Part shown: positions 25,001-39,236 of the stretch, piece after piece
Position numbering within the stretch: position 1 is the stretch's first letter
How the letters are laid out: each line of letters begins with the position of its first letter
Assembly (NCBI GenBank): GCA_040954595.2
Contig: CM082596.2
Coordinates: 2,288,999 to 2,352,998, forward strand
Direction of reading: 5' to 3'
Length of the DNA stretch: 64,000 nt
From: Balanoglossus misakiensis
Lineage: Eukaryota; Animalia; Hemichordata
Made by a program: the position numbers and the translations under genes
Notes under the pieces: generated by a model
What the model saw: only the letters and a program-made list of their open reading frames with translations
Databases searched by the model: none
What the model was told of the DNA's origin: nothing

Positions 25001-27755
25001 TCTCCAGTATCCGGATACACTGGAGTTGTACCGCCATGTCATGGAGACACTGGAAATGGAATTCGAAGATTCCGGACACAGAGGATTGCTAAAAAGGGTC
25101 AGTTGTATTGTGAGATGACAACAGTGTTTTATCATGAGTTTAAATGTATAAATAATATTACTCAATGAAACTGGATACTATTAAATTTCTATTACTGTGT
25201 ACAGGTCATGCAGTTCATCTACGGATCCAGGAATGGTCTCTCTGAGGCTGAGCTCATGAAATTGCTGCCCGATCTCAGCTGGTCGTTCTGGGCCCCTCTG
25301 TTTGATGCCTTACAGGACAGACATATTCTGGTGTGTCGGTCAGGACTTCTCACCTTTGAACACGAACAGGTATTAAAGAGCATTGTGTGTAACTACCACA
25401 CAAGTATCAAGTATACAATTTTCTCATCATCACAAATGATTGCATTGTGACGTATATCAATGATATTTTACAGTGTGCGCATCTAATATTCTCCATATCT
25501 TTCATTTTTCAGGCCAGGGAAGGGGTACAGTTGAGTTACTGCTCTGGAGCATATGAAAGAGAGCTTCAGTGTGCCCTAAATAAATTAATTGATTTCTATT
25601 CCCGTTCACTTGGGTAAGTACATCATATCATGGAACACTTTTCATATTGTGTCTCTATATAAGCTGTAATGGCTCTGGCTTGTGATAACTCAAGCTGTTT
25701 CTGTCAATCTGTAACAGAAAATGGTTTGATGTTTTCAGTGGTTAATGTCGTCTTCATATTCTTGCAGGCCCGGTCTGACGACGTGCCGAGTAGCAGACGA
25801 GCTGCCCTGGTTGGTGCAGAAGACAAGTAACAAGGAGCACCTGAAAGAATGCATCAGTAACCTCTGTGTCTTCAAGAAGCTCTACGCCAGGGGTAGATGC
25901 TCGGAGTTGATTGGCTACTGGCAATGTCTTGGTGCTGATAAGGCCGGCATGGCATCCTCGTATTTCAATACTATCAAGAAGTTTGAAGAAAGTAAGTCCC
26001 CTATTGATTATTACACCTATGGCTTTACATAGTTCCTGCAATACCATCTATGGTTCATTTTGAACAGATGAATTGGTATACATCCTAACATAGAATGCCT
26101 CAGTCTGTCTCTCAGTATTACTTTGTCTGCAGCCTCTTGCAACTAAGCAACAGTATGTACAGTGTAGATATGATACGAGTTTAGTGATGAATATTTACTA
26201 TCTTCTTTACGTGATTACAGGTGGAATGATTACACTTCCTAAGATAGCAGAGGTCTATGAAACACTTGGCAGATTCCTCAAAGATCTGGGACTGTTGAAA
26301 GAGGTAGGTGGTTTCACAGTTTTGAACACTTGAACCACAGAGGGCGTCAAACACAATTAGGCTATGTATGCACAGCAATAAAACTTTCCAAGTCAAGTGA
26401 TTGACAGATTTGCTAATAGCTATTGTTAAATGTGGTGTGTATGCATGTTTCTAGTAATGGATATAAAAGGAGCTTTTTCCAGTTCAATCATTGCATTTTT
26501 TGTTATTATTTACTTGTTTTTCCTTAGGCAATGACGCCATTACAGAAAGCACTTGAAATCTATGAGTCCCTGGACCCTGATCAGCCATGTGTAGCAGGTG
26601 CCTTGTATCAGCTGGCTGGGCTGCATGGTCAATGGAACAAGTTTGCCACAGCAGAGGCCTTGTACAAACAGGCACTGGAGATCAGTGAAAATGCCTACGG
26701 AACTGACCACCACAATGTGGCTAAGATACTGGACGCACTGGCAGTACTTTATCAGAAACAGGAAAAGTGAGTGTTGGCTTTAGAATTGTCTCTTTTGAAC
26801 CCTTTCCATACTATATAGAAGTTCATGACAGATTCACCCACAATTGCTTTCTCACACTAAGACTTCAAATCTCCCTCACATAGACATGAGCAAGCCGAGA
26901 TGTTACGAAGAAGAGCAGTGGCTATCCGACAGAAATGCAAGCAACCTAGATCTCATACAGCTCAGCTAGGGGGTATTGACCCCCTAAAGAGGCGAGCATT
27001 ACAACTGGAGGAGTTGGTTCTGGGACCGGAATCCATTGACACAGCCAAGACATTAAATGAATTGGGAGTGTTGTACTACCTTCAAGATAATCAAGAGTAA
27101 GTTCCATATGTATTCTATTGTTTTACCTTTTCATCATTATGGTTTAGGCCAAGTTTAATTACTTCCAGACTAAAACCATTCACTGACTTTCTGAAATCTC
27201 TTATGGGTATGACAGGACAGCGGAAGCATACTTCAAGAAATCCCTCGACATCCGAGAGTCAGTTCTTGGACAGGACCATCCAGACGTGGCACAGTCCCTC
27301 AACAACCTGGCCGCGTTGTACAACGACAAGAAAGAATATGCCAAGGCTGAGCCTCTGTACGAGAGAGCCTTGGAGATCCGACAGAAAGAATCCCAGCAAC
27401 AGGACCAACCCAATGTGGCATCAACTATCAAGCATCTTGCGTTGCTGTATAAGAAACAGGTGAGCTTTGCACATTTGCTCTCTCAGTCACAGTTTGCAAA
27501 CGTCTCTACAAGCATTGTACACTTCACCACCATGGTTCAGTCCAAACCCATTGTATGGCACTAGCTAGATGTAACAAAATGTATGCTTTAATTTGCAGGG
27601 TAAAACTGCCAAGGCAGAACCTCTTTACAAGCAAGCAGTGGATATCCGTGAGAAATCATTTGGTGCAAGTCATCCCAGTGTTGCAACTGCCCTTGTCAAC
27701 TTAGCCGTCTTATACTGTGAACAGGTTAGTGCTGTTTTTTAATGCTAACAGATTC

Positions 27756-27794
<39 letters not shown>

Positions 27795-28193
27795 GAAGGA
27801 AATGTAGCATTCATTCTGAAACCTTTGAGGGAATTTTCACCAAGTTTTTCATATCATTTGTGGTGTGTATCGCTAATCATTTATGACCTCTGTCAAAACA
27901 TCCTTTTACAGAACAAGCATACTGAAGCACTGCCGCTCTACGAGAGAGCTTTGAAAATTTACGAAGACACACTGGGCCCCAATCACCCAAGAGTGGCAGA
28001 GACACTACGGAATCTAGCTGTGCTGCGGTATGAACAGGGCGATTTTGAGACGGCCGCTAAGCTGTACAGACGGGCAACTGACATCAAGGAGCTGGAGCAA
28101 GGTTTTGGCAATAAAGCGCCCTCTAGGAGATCGTCGACCTGTGGGGCCTCTACAATGCGACATATGCCGCTTCTGCAGTCCTTTTTCACATAG
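19003..28193 (+). CDS. NPHP3: Nephrocystin-3 (coiled coil, STAND/NACHT-like NTPase, C-terminal TPR repeats), multi-exon
   Basis: N-myristoylation start [31 protein letters not shown]|[18 protein letters not shown]|[27 protein letters not shown] and RVADELPW all match human NPHP3 as recalled. Kinesin-light-chain-like TPRs ([25 protein letters not shown]). First exons 19003-19329, 19644-19769, 21663-21813; >20 further GT-AG exons; stop at 28193. Confidence 0.96.
27755..27794. repeat. (TCAA)n microsatellite in last NPHP3 intron
   Basis: tcaatcaatcaatcaa... about 9 units. Confidence 0.9.
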
Positions 28194-30778
28194 AAGTCAC
28201 TCTTTTCCGTGTTTCGCGGTTTACTCGGAAGTTCCATCTGGACAGTCTCCTTGTGGAACTGTTGTACTGGCATTCTGGATCTTTGCCCAAGTGATCCTAA
28301 CTGAAATATAATTCGTACTTTTAAGCAAAGTGTGACATTTCTAAGGGCAATGCAAACTTTTTATTTTGTTGTACACAGAGATCTGTCCATTTTTTTAAAA
28401 TGACTACGTCTTTCAGTGTTCAGGCCTGCCACTTTTTACCCTATGTATATTTGTTGTTGAAATCCAACAGGTTATATGCCCAACTTTTTAAGGAAAGTTC
28501 AGTCATATTGATTGTCAATGATATATTTTGTGAATATTTCTATAAACATCTATTTATTCATGTAAAGTATAGGGTGAGTTGACTTGTAAACAAATCTGTG
28601 ATATTCCATGCTCTGGACCTTTATAAATGCTCTATAACTCTCAGATCAAATTCTATGTGTCCTCTTGGGTTTGAGTGTTATAAATTGAGGGTGAGGGGAG
28701 CTGGTATCCCCATGTTTTTCAGAAAGAATAACCCAGTAAATAAAATGATACGACGCTAAGTAAAGAAGATGGCTTAGTCCATTTTAAACTGGGGGAAGCT
28801 GTGTCTTGCAGGATTTCAAATAGGACGCCTTAGCTCTAGGATTATGCATTTACATTCATACTTGACTCAGCGATATTGTGCTTACGTACCTGTGTACATA
28901 CCATGGTTTCACCCATATATTAAGAAGAAGGACAGTTCCATTCAATTACAGGGGTTGTAACCTGCGAGCGACCCTTGAACATAAATTCTATGTATCTTGA
29001 GATTATTTATATAGATATAGAAGATATTTTTCTACATGGAACCTACCACCAATATATCATTTCTTAAAATTATTGTACATTATATTTTTAATTGTTGAAC
29101 ATTTATGATTTTTATCACATTATTTTCTTCTTCAAAAATTGATATAGCTGTCTACTTGCCTTGGGCAAAATATGAAAACTTCAGATTTCAATTTTCAAGG
29201 CGCAGTTTACTTAAAAGTGTTCCTTTTATGATCATGTGATTAGAGAGAACCAACCAGAGTCAACAGATGACTCCATGGTTACATTTGACATCAGTGGTTG
29301 TAATGAAATGTCCAGTTACTGTATATTTATTGTGTCTGTGACTTTTTTAAAAATCTTGGTAATAAAACAGACCCCGGTCAATGTACTCGCAAATCAGCAA
29401 CGGACTGGTTGTATTATTTTTTGAATGTTTAGTCAGCAGACACATGAACATTTTTCATGGGTTATAGCTCATGGAAATTGTCCAAAAATCTACTTGCTAA
29501 AGACACAGCATATGATAACAATTTTAAAGACATCTTATATTGACAGGCGACCCCCATAACATTAGTTCAAACACGCCTACTGCATTATGTTCCCAATCGC
29601 CAATGGCAGCTAATGTAATTTCACCCATAGTTCCATACACTCATCCGCATATGAATAGCAACCATTACCAACCACTATTAACGTCACTTTACGACCTTGA
29701 ATAATGCGACGGATGACCTGAACGCTACAACAACACCATAGTGACTGGAGGTCATTGCACCAAACGTACACAGGCCTAACCAGGTCTTTCCTTGACGGGT
29801 GAAATTGCGAATTTGACAAAACTGCTGTTGATTTTCAGCTATTCTGTGGGCCGGCGTTTCAGAAAGGTAACACAAATACGCTCTATTCCCGTTATATTGT
29901 TCATTCTTCTAATTCCTCTCGCAAGATCCGTTTTATTCCGCCAGTGCGTCACCATATCAACAATTATTGCTCCTTACAGACAGACAGATAACTGATCTGA
30001 ATTATAATCAAAGGCTGCAAGACTTGTTCAAGCTGTTTTGCAGTACATTCTCTGTTTATATGCCCTGGATATGTACCCCGGTACATAGTGTAAACACCAG
30101 CTAGTATGTATATTTAATAGTATGCCAAATATTGATCCAACACCCCTCCCCAATACATTGTTGTCATCGATCACGGTTGTGTGGAGGTGCCATGAATCAA
30201 TTACAGTACTCTACTCTACCTGTGTTCTTGCTAATTGTTGAATGCCCTGTTTGCATCAATCATGTGCTTTACATGGAAAGTAGACCAACTCCGCAGGTCA
30301 CAATTGGAATGTGTTTCGGGATTTTTGCTTTCTCGAGCAAACCACCTGTTGGAATCTCTTTGATTCTGCGACACAACACAGCATGGCAAAAGTACAGATA
30401 CAAAGCTTATGATAGGGACCATAGAGTGAACTGGACCTACGTGTAAACAAGATGCCTAATAGCGTGCCATCATTAGGATATGTTGCTACCTGTTTTGTTT
30501 GTAATACATTTTCTCATAAACTCCCTGATATTGCGAATCATAGAAGGATTAGTAAAGGGATTTCATTTTAATGAAAACCAATCTCTGAGGTCGAAATACT
30601 ACAGACGAACATTTTTCTGTGACCGGACGACAGTGTTTCGTCGAGAATTTGAGTCATTTCTGAGTTGATTTGCCGATTCATTCTTAGTTGTAGGCCTACA
30701 TTTTCTCACATTTCAGGTGATATCGGAGCTTCAATAACTTAGCAACAACACGTGGATTTTTGCGAGACCAAAATCAGG

Positions 30779-31810
30779 ATGTCTTATTTGAAGGAACTGC
30801 AAGAGGTAAGATTATGGACCGTAGTTTATGCAGTGACATTATTGCTGTTGCGTGGTAAATGTTGAAAGGCAGACATTTTGGTTCATTGAAATAGAAGAAA
30901 ATCTGACACCCAAACTACATGCCAAACATAATTAACAAAAAATTCTTCTTACAGGACAGAGCGAGAGGCCAGTATCGACTTTCAAATACACACGCAATAA
31001 GTACGAACGGATCTTATATTCCATGAAGAGATTAGAATCCCCTTTGTTCACTCTGCTCAAAACACAACAGCGTTTTGTGATGGACTGAAAGGCCATTTTA
31101 TACAAAAACAGCCGATAGGTTCAAGGAGGGAATTTGCAATAACAAGATCACATTACAAGTCTGAAAGAAACAACAATACGGTATATATTTCTTTGTAGAC
31201 TCTTATCAATGCTGTGGAGCAGGGCGATTTACAGACAGCATCGCTGTGCATCCAGAAAGGGGCTGATGTCAATGATATTCCGGTAAGCTTTTTGCGACTG
31301 TGCGCCATCAAATTTGACACATCAAAAATATGTACGGAATGTTGTTGATATGGGACAACATGACAATGAAAATATTACGATTGCATCTTACTGATGTCTT
31401 GATATACATTCATGTGAAATAACCTTCACATTGTTTTTTGCACAGTGGGGAACTGAATCTCTCTTGATGCGTGCAGTGCGTTGTCGACATACAAAAATGT
31501 CCGAGTTACTGATTCGCAGTGGTGTTGATCTCAAATACCAATACCTGGTAAGCATATAGTATTTGTAGTTTTCTTTATGGGTATGATGATAGGGTATACA
31601 GACAACAGTGAATCGTAAAAGTGATGTAAAATAATAAACAAAGCATGTGTAAGGTTCTCAATTCCTAAACTGTGAATGTCGTTATACAAAAATATGATTC
31701 TCTGTTCCTTGCAGGTATCCGAATCACCGAGAAAATCTGAGACTGCTATTGAGTACTGCAAATATTACGAAATGCGTGATGTACTTGAAATGATCAAGAA
31801 ACGGATGTGA
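30779..31810 (+). CDS. Small ankyrin-repeat protein, 102 aa, 4 coding exons (absent from ORF track)
   Basis: Phase-0 exons 30779-30805, 31199-31282, 31446-31547 and 31715-31810, all with canonical AG/GTAAG. They give MSYLKELQETLINAVEQGDLQTASLCIQKGADVNDIPWGTESLLMRAVRCRHTKMSELLIRSGVDLKYQYLVSESPRKSETAIEYCKYYEMRDVLEMIKKRM*. LINAV..GD.......KGADVN and LLMRAV......ELLIRSG.D are ankyrin patterns. AATAAA at 32172. Confidence 0.85.
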
Positions 31811-32433
31811 AATTCGTACCTTGCAATATCGGTACATTATTTCAGATGATTCTGACATTGCGCGATACGTCCAATGCTCTTGGACTCAGACCACCCATTG
31901 CCACGGTAACAACGAATGCAACTTGTCCACTGATAATGAGCAATTTTCCATCCCCTGATTATAAAGGATGTTGTTTACATGCATCAACTCTGATTTGTTT
32001 AACCGCTTGTAGATTATCAATGTTTTTTTCTTTGTTCGTCCTCCCAAAGGACCATTTTCAAAAGTCCATGTTTCCACATCTTTATGTCCGTTATTCTTTC
32101 ATATTAAAACTATAGTTATATTAGTGACGCGAAGTAAAGCCATTGTATATCTGTTCATGTATATAAAGATCAATAAAGAGCTATAATTTCTGAGTACTTT
32201 TCCATGATTGTTTTTGATCACTTTAACTCACTTAAGCAAACATCGATGTCCTCCCCCTAAAATATGATGCAACCTTGTCTTGTAGCAAAAACTGTTTGTA
32301 ATACATTGTATATAAAATGAAAAATATATATATACATGATATACTTGTGTGTACAGCCAATCAATGGTCGGCTTCTATCTGCGGACAGCCCATTGAATTA
32401 TGGGAGAAAAAGTGCCGCCCAATAGTCGTTCAC

Positions 32434-35400
32434 CTATGCAGTGACATCATGGCTGCTCGTGATGTCTTTTATCCAATCAATGTGTGCGTAGATGCTGGTG
32501 AAGAAAACGAATTTCTTGTAGCAGTGGTTGGCGTTTGCGATCCCCATCACATACCACCGGCCAGCCACCTATTTGCAAAGACAAGTACACCAGCTTTTAA
32601 GATCTAGTATACTAGTATTTCGTGGCTATAACTATGTACTACCAGGGGTATGGGGAAAATGGGAACCTACTTTTTCATTGTTGTTGTTGGATAATAAATA
32701 TAAGTTTACGTACCTGTTGAACGAGTGGAGGTCCATCAATGTTGGAGCAGAAATCCAAGTGGCGTTTGATCAGTCTAGACGTTGCACAGAAGACATCCAA
32801 AGGATGGGCATTCAGACGGTATTTGCAATCACGTGCCACACTCACTCTGAATGGTATCTGGAAGGTCAAGAAATCCAGTACTTTATATAAAAACCTCCGT
32901 ATCTAGTTGAAACACTGTGTGTGACTGTCTCTTATGAACTAATCAAGAGACACAGTATCTTTGAGTGTACACAATCGCCTGTGTTTGTTTAGCCTCCAAT
33001 CTTTCTGGTATAAAAATGAAATGTTTATGGATTCTGGTTTGCCCAGTTTCCCCCCTTACCTTTTGGATGGACTCTTCCCCATCGTATAATCTCCATCCCG
33101 TCACATAGCCGTATGTTCCAGGGCTTAGCTGTGACGCCGCAAAGTCAGACTTGGGTATACAAACTAGTAAGAGGAAATATGTATGGCCATACATTAAAAT
33201 TAACACTCACTTTTGGTAACTTTTTCTACCTTGAAAAAGTGACAATGGATGCATCAAAGAAGAATAGCCAGATGTGGACAAACAAACAAACGTTAACAAA
33301 AAAACAAATTTACATACCTGGTCTGATTGTGTCAGTGAATACAACAGATTCATTTAATCTGAACAAGGCTAGTCCGGTTCTCTTTTGACCATCAACAAAA
33401 TGTTCGCTCACTTCGTACACTCTCTCATCTTTGCTGGGTCTGTCAATCCTTTCTCTGCCTAGGATAACTCTCAGTCTGCTCTGTGTTGGCAGTGTCTGAT
33501 AGAAACGATAGCACCGTGCAGACAACAACACGAACGAATGGCTGATTAAGACCCCATCGCAACCTTGGAAGTACCGGTTGCCGTTGACAGTATAGTGAAT
33601 GCTGGCTAGCCATGGCCATTTTTCCATTGTGAACCGGTTACGATAGTTTTCCCTTAGACCACAGTCCTCTATAAGAAAGTTATATGAATACCTGATGTCA
33701 GTTTTGGATATTAATAGACTTTAAAGATTGTAAACAAAAATTAAATAAGATCAAAATTAAATTAGTTCAATATATACCTGCACTGATGGACGAAGTGATG
33801 TTGTTGACTATGCTCTGTAGGTCTGGTCTTTCGGATTCCTTGGTGAGTTTTATTTTTCTCTGAATGTCGCACGTTTCACCACCCATCTCTGTCGAGACAT
33901 CTGCAGTTACAGAAACAAGGAAGGATTTTTGAACTCAGTATCAAAAGTGTGAATAAACTTCACAAATATACCGGTAGATGGACAATAGAAATATTTCTAA
34001 ACATTGTAAACTATACTCATTTCTATTCAGTAACTCGGCTATGTCGTCCTGAGTATAGCGTAACAGACTCCATGCTTTCAGGGAGGTCCCCCTGTCGAAA
34101 AAGACAAATTGACTAGCGAAGATGTATTGTATTTAGACCTTACCGATACCATTTCTGACGTCACCATCGGAATTGATGTGTTCGTGTATCCATTTATTAA
34201 ATCTGTATATGGCTGTGTAGACGCCTGGCCACTTGGAAGCACACTGACCTGCTCCCCAGCTTACAAGACCCAGCAAATGCCATCGCCTATCAATCTAGAT
34301 AAAAGAAAATACAAGTACACGAAGATGAGATGAAGAGGTACATTTACGTGAGCAAACATTACTTTGGTTACAATACTCGTTGGGTACATGTTTATAACAT
34401 AAGTTAACTTGCTGAAGTATATGGAATCAACGAGTCGCCCAAGTTGCCTGAGTGTGCCAGACAGTACACAGACGTCGTTCTGTTTTTTTTTTTCTTACCT
34501 GGACTGAAAATTGTCCTCCGCTGTCACCGAAGCAAGAATCCTTGTTCCTTTGAGGGGAGTCTGCACAAAACATGTTGCATGTGACATGACTCACAGAGTA
34601 TGAAGCTTCACACTCGGCACGGTCTGTTATTCGCAGTTTGACCTAAGGAAGAGGAGTTATATTTGAAGAAGTGTAAACACTCAAACGCATAGAATAATGT
34701 TCTGGTTTATGGTATTGCAGACTCCTGATTTTGGTATTGAGTGATTTGCAATGCTGAACGTCGATTGGTCAAGATATTGAAATAAAGGCGTTCAAACAAC
34801 AATTGCAAGAGAAAGTCGCCTACCTTGCGCAGAAAATCAGAGGATGAGCCATTTTCTGTCCGACCCCAGCCAGTCACCAATCCTGCTTCGCGGATCCTCA
34901 TCCATTCTTTCGCCGAAGACGCCGACGGCAAGCAGACTTTGATAACAGGAAAGAAAAGACAAAAGAGACCAGTTGGAAATTTTGGAGAAAATTGAACACT
35001 GCATTTTGATCAACCTTATAAACAAAGTTGCATCACAGAGACACTGTGTGATTGGAAAGCAGGACAAAATCCTTGTACCTTGATTTGGCAGCCTTAAAAA
35101 TTGGCTTTCACACTTAACAGATTGCTATGTTGCTATGTTGAGCCATAATATTTAAAATACTGCCCGGGGTTTATCTCAGATAAACATCCACATGCAGTCA
35201 CTCACTCACTCACCAACTCACTCACTCACTCACTTGGTGAAATATAACTGTTGTATTCCACAGGTTCCGCGAGTCTGATCAAGGCGATGTCACTGTCGAA
35301 AGTTGTGTTGTCATAGTTCGGGTGAATGATAATCTCATCGGCGAAACTCATGACTTCCTTTCTCTCCACCACTTTCCTGTTGATCTTTCCAAGAAAAACA

Positions 35401-38400
35401 CGCAGTGAATCGGACGTCGCTGAAAGTCCCTCGATGCAATGAGCTGCAGTGACAACCCAACGGTGATTCAGCAAAGTTCCTCCGCAAAGAGTGTGTGAGG
35501 GCGCTGTGGTACTGTTCAGCAACACCATCCACGGCCATTCAGCTTTCCTCGAGCGATTCCCGCCAAAGATTCGCCTTCTTGCATTCACTACTTGCATCCC
35601 ACATCCATCTGATAAACAGAAAATACAGAGACATTAATCGTACAAGCCATAATGTATAATTAAACTCTCGGGGTTCTTATCATGTCATATTAATCTAAAA
35701 AAAAAAAAAAAACCTGGCTGACCGTTACGATCGAACAATTATTTGTATATCATCATGTACATTGAAAATATCCCCTTTAAATGACGAACTGATGTATTAT
35801 TATCAGAGTGCATACAAAAGGACGTGGAAGCTAATAATCTTTGTTTTTACCTTGATTGTCATTGTCTCGTATCACCACCAACGTTCTGTAAAATTTACCG
35901 CTATCATCAGTGCAGGTGTACACCCCGTTGTCTGACATTCTGCTCTCCAGAACCAGAAGGTCATTCTCGCGGTTGTGGAACATTCGATCGTTCTCCTCCG
36001 CGTCTGTGGTGGACAGTGGTCGGCCATCTTTCTCCCACCTGACCTTGCCTGTTATGTCGCTAATGCCACACCGGAGCTTGAAGTAGTCGCCGACAGTCCC
36101 AGTTAGATGTTCATCAATCTCGACATTGGACACTGAATCTGCAGTGATTAAAGGGGAAGTCCATTAATTTCTGAAAGAGTGACCTCAAAGCTACCGAACT
36201 ATATAGAAATCAGCTGGACCAGTAACATTTTACTGCCACGATGCTACATCAAAAATAACACAATATTATTATACGACAAGAAATCATCATGAAAAACAGA
36301 TAGCATATCATCTGTATAGTACACAGAATGTTTGAAATGATACGTATTCGAGGGACCAGTTGCCAGATGAAAGCGAAGATAATTGATTTGGATTCCGCTA
36401 AGCATTAACCTAAGAGGTCCATATGCTTTACTGATATGATGACCTCGAAATTCCGTCACACGCCAGGGTTGCATGCAAACTAGGCCAAGAAGCGAGATGT
36501 AAATGAGGTTTTAATTTCATATGTAATAACATACTGTTCAACTGGAAAACAACAAAACCACACGTAACCCGAACAGAAATAATTGGAAATTAAGACTTTC
36601 CGAGTTAACTGTGGCAAGCAGGGCCATAACCAATGAGAATAAAAATTGTTGTAAATGTCAATTTCGAGGATTTGAGCTGTAATCATGGTCTGTCCTCCAC
36701 ATTAAAAATAACGAGTGATCTCGGTCTGGACATGAAAGCTCTTATAGAATATTGTATGGGATATTTTCTTGATAATAAAAAAGAAGTTTCATCCATCTCT
36801 GAGACTGTATATACAAAGATTGCGTGCAGAAATGTACTTGTAATACAACCATCATTGTTTCACCAACATTTACGAGGGCAGTGTAAGGCAAGCTACTAAA
36901 AGGTCGGTCTATTTATAAAAAAAGTTGAAAACGACACCCCATGCAAATGTTCCTCAGCTGATTCTGCGCCGGCCAATCACTGACACGCAAAAAGTAGTCA
37001 GCCCATGCCGAAAATACCCAGATCTTGTAAGAAATACAAATAAACGATTTACAGTTTACTTATATATCAATCTTCTCACTTTAGCATAAACTACCGGTAC
37101 ATGTAGTCACATGGTAAATTAAACTTCACGCAAGTCGCGTGTTCTTCTCTTTGGAGGACCGTGCATGTATAAGTTCCTGGCGATGCTAACAGTTTCATAG
37201 CCCTGTTTCTTGCTGTCTGACGTTAACAGGATAAAGTAGAGCAGTCACACTCACAGCGGCCAAAAAGAAGCAAGCTTCGTTTGCAGAAACTAGCTATACG
37301 GTTCCTGGCCAATTTGAACACAGCCATCAGTGGGACGCAGACATGTGACAACTGTATTACTTGGTCACAGTTTGACCAGATTTACGACAGGGCCACATTA
37401 ATGAGACACATTCTCCTTGACATATCATGCAAACTGAGTCTGTTGCTATAACGACATCTGCAGTTCACATGTGCATCTCGTTGCGATGGGCTTGATTTAT
37501 CGTTATGACAAAACGATGCAGTGGCGAACAGATGGATGGCCAGAAATTCTGTAACCGCAGAAGTTCACAAAGTTAATTCAGGGGTGGGTACTCTTACCCA
37601 CTCAAGGGCAGAATAGCGACACATGCTATTATTAATCAAAACTGGTCCAAAGCAAAAAAAAACGCCGACTAAGCACTTTTGAATCGACTGTTGTACATCT
37701 TCATTGTACATTTTCATCAACCTATCAGGTACATCCTGTGTCGTCCATATGCTAAGTGGGTCAAGACGTCTATTGTACGTATTTATAGCAAGCAGCAAGC
37801 GATTCATGATGTCCCATGGAGATAAAAATGTTTTACTTGCAATCGAAAACAGAAGTGACATATGCCAAATGATTCGCTTCGTCTCTAACGTCCAGGAGAG
37901 GAAAAAACTCGCGTTTCCATCTAATATAATCAGGTACAGAACGTTTACACTTCCTGGGCCAGAAAACACGTGGGCTGGAAAGATGTTGACAGCTCAGTAA
38001 AGCAGAAGTGAAACCAGTTTATCTTTAATCCTTTCACAAGACCACAATACATGAAGCGTAATGAGCGGAAACGTTTCGGACACTTTGCAAACTGCTAAGA
38101 ATAGTTGTTGACTCAATCGTAACACGTCAACTACACATCATGAAGTTTGCTTTCGCTTCTCTTTCACCGATTATTTAAATCTCTCTAGAAAAAACAAATA
38201 ATTCTAATTTTTCTATTCTTCATTTTCTTGACAACTCATTCGCTGCGAAGGGAGTTATTGAGAACAAACTCTGCAGGGATGGAATTTATAAAAGCCTGAA
38301 TGGTATCTTGAACGGCTTTCGTAAAGTAACACAATGAGTTGCTTTACGGCATACATCAGTGACCGAAGCCCCAAGTATTCAAATAAAGTTTTAAAATCTC

Positions 38401-38545
38401 ACATGTCGCGCCTGGAGCAGACGTGACGAGTCCGCAAATTCATGCAAATCAGACCAAACTCACCTACGACGAGGCCGGCAGCCCAAGTTCCAAGCATCAC
38501 CATGGTCGCCACGGTGAGTAGCGGAGTATTGGCAGTTGCATGCAT
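32434..38545 (-). CDS. Secreted multidomain serine protease: signal peptide - Ig - active trypsin domain - linker - catalytically dead trypsin-like domain
   Basis: Leader exon 38545-38464 (MHATANTPLLTVATMVMLGTWAAGLVV, phase 1; upstream in-frame ATG at 38635). Ig exon 36138-35851 (LRC..VRWEKDG..DNGVYTC). Protease 1: RRR|IFGG, TAAHC, DSDIALI, DSCFGDSGGQ, LVSWG (exons 35608-35234, ~34938-34824, ~34642-34499, ~34294-34144). Protease 2: WPWLASI, LSARC, TGLALFRL, DFCSNIDGPP, IDWI (exons ~33668-33319, ~33168-33059, ~32858-32715, 32568-32434). The leader-exon link is inferred from phase. Confidence 0.88.
35198..35233. repeat. (CACT)n microsatellite at a protease splice donor
   Basis: tcactcactcactcac...; on the minus strand it reads as repeated GTGAGT starting at the donor. 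Confidence 0.8.
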
Positions 38546-38635
38546 GGTTGCTGCGTGCAGTGCTGGCTGGCCAGGGGCTTGGTGAACACTGAGAGCATTT
38601 GTCACGGTAGCTCCGGATCTGGTGCTAAGTTTCAT

Positions 38636-39236
38636 CCGGGCACCTCTGGCAAAACTCCAGCAATAACATCTGGGCGCTGATGTTTACTGGGTTACGTATT
38701 AAAGAGGCCATGTCTGTCAGCGCCCTCTATCTAGCACTTCTTTAGTGATATAAATTTTAACTTTTGAACGAGTCTCTGTTGAAATGTCGACGATACGTAC
38801 AATCAGTAGGGACCATAGACTTTCGTTTCTCAAGGATGGGACCCAGTCCCTATCAGCTGTATAGGTAAATAATCAAATTTCAAAAGACTGTATCGAGTGA
38901 ATACTTATTTTTTTCAAAAGTAGTAATAAATCTGTGGCAGAAGCCAGCACAACCAAATGTCACGTTTCAAAGCTGTGCATTTTTCAGTTGTCGGGCGACA
39001 GACATATTCAATGTATATGTCTCCCAATTTTGGCAGTGTCCCGACAGAGTGGTATTAATGAGTAAACCAAACACATGACGTCAGATCGCATGGACTCTGG
39101 ACTGGGAAGGTTTAATTAGAAACTCGCTCAGGACACATAGTCTCTCCACAAGATCATAGTTTACGATGAGTGTGCGATGAATTTATGGGCTCAAGTTGAC
39201 TGCCAAGGTCATCGATATTACTAACATCATTGTAGG
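38636..39236. promoter_or_regulatory. Divergent intergenic region of the protease and receptor genes, with a CRE
   Basis: About 600 bp between opposed start codons; palindromic TGACGTCA at 39076-39083. Confidence 0.5.

Noticed and set aside
37090-37330. Possible extra protease exons (MAVFKLARN.. with a GTGAGT donor; GTYTCTV-containing frame)
   Set aside because: No signal peptide and no consistent in-frame splice path; the exon at 38545-38464 fits better. An alternative first exon cannot be excluded.
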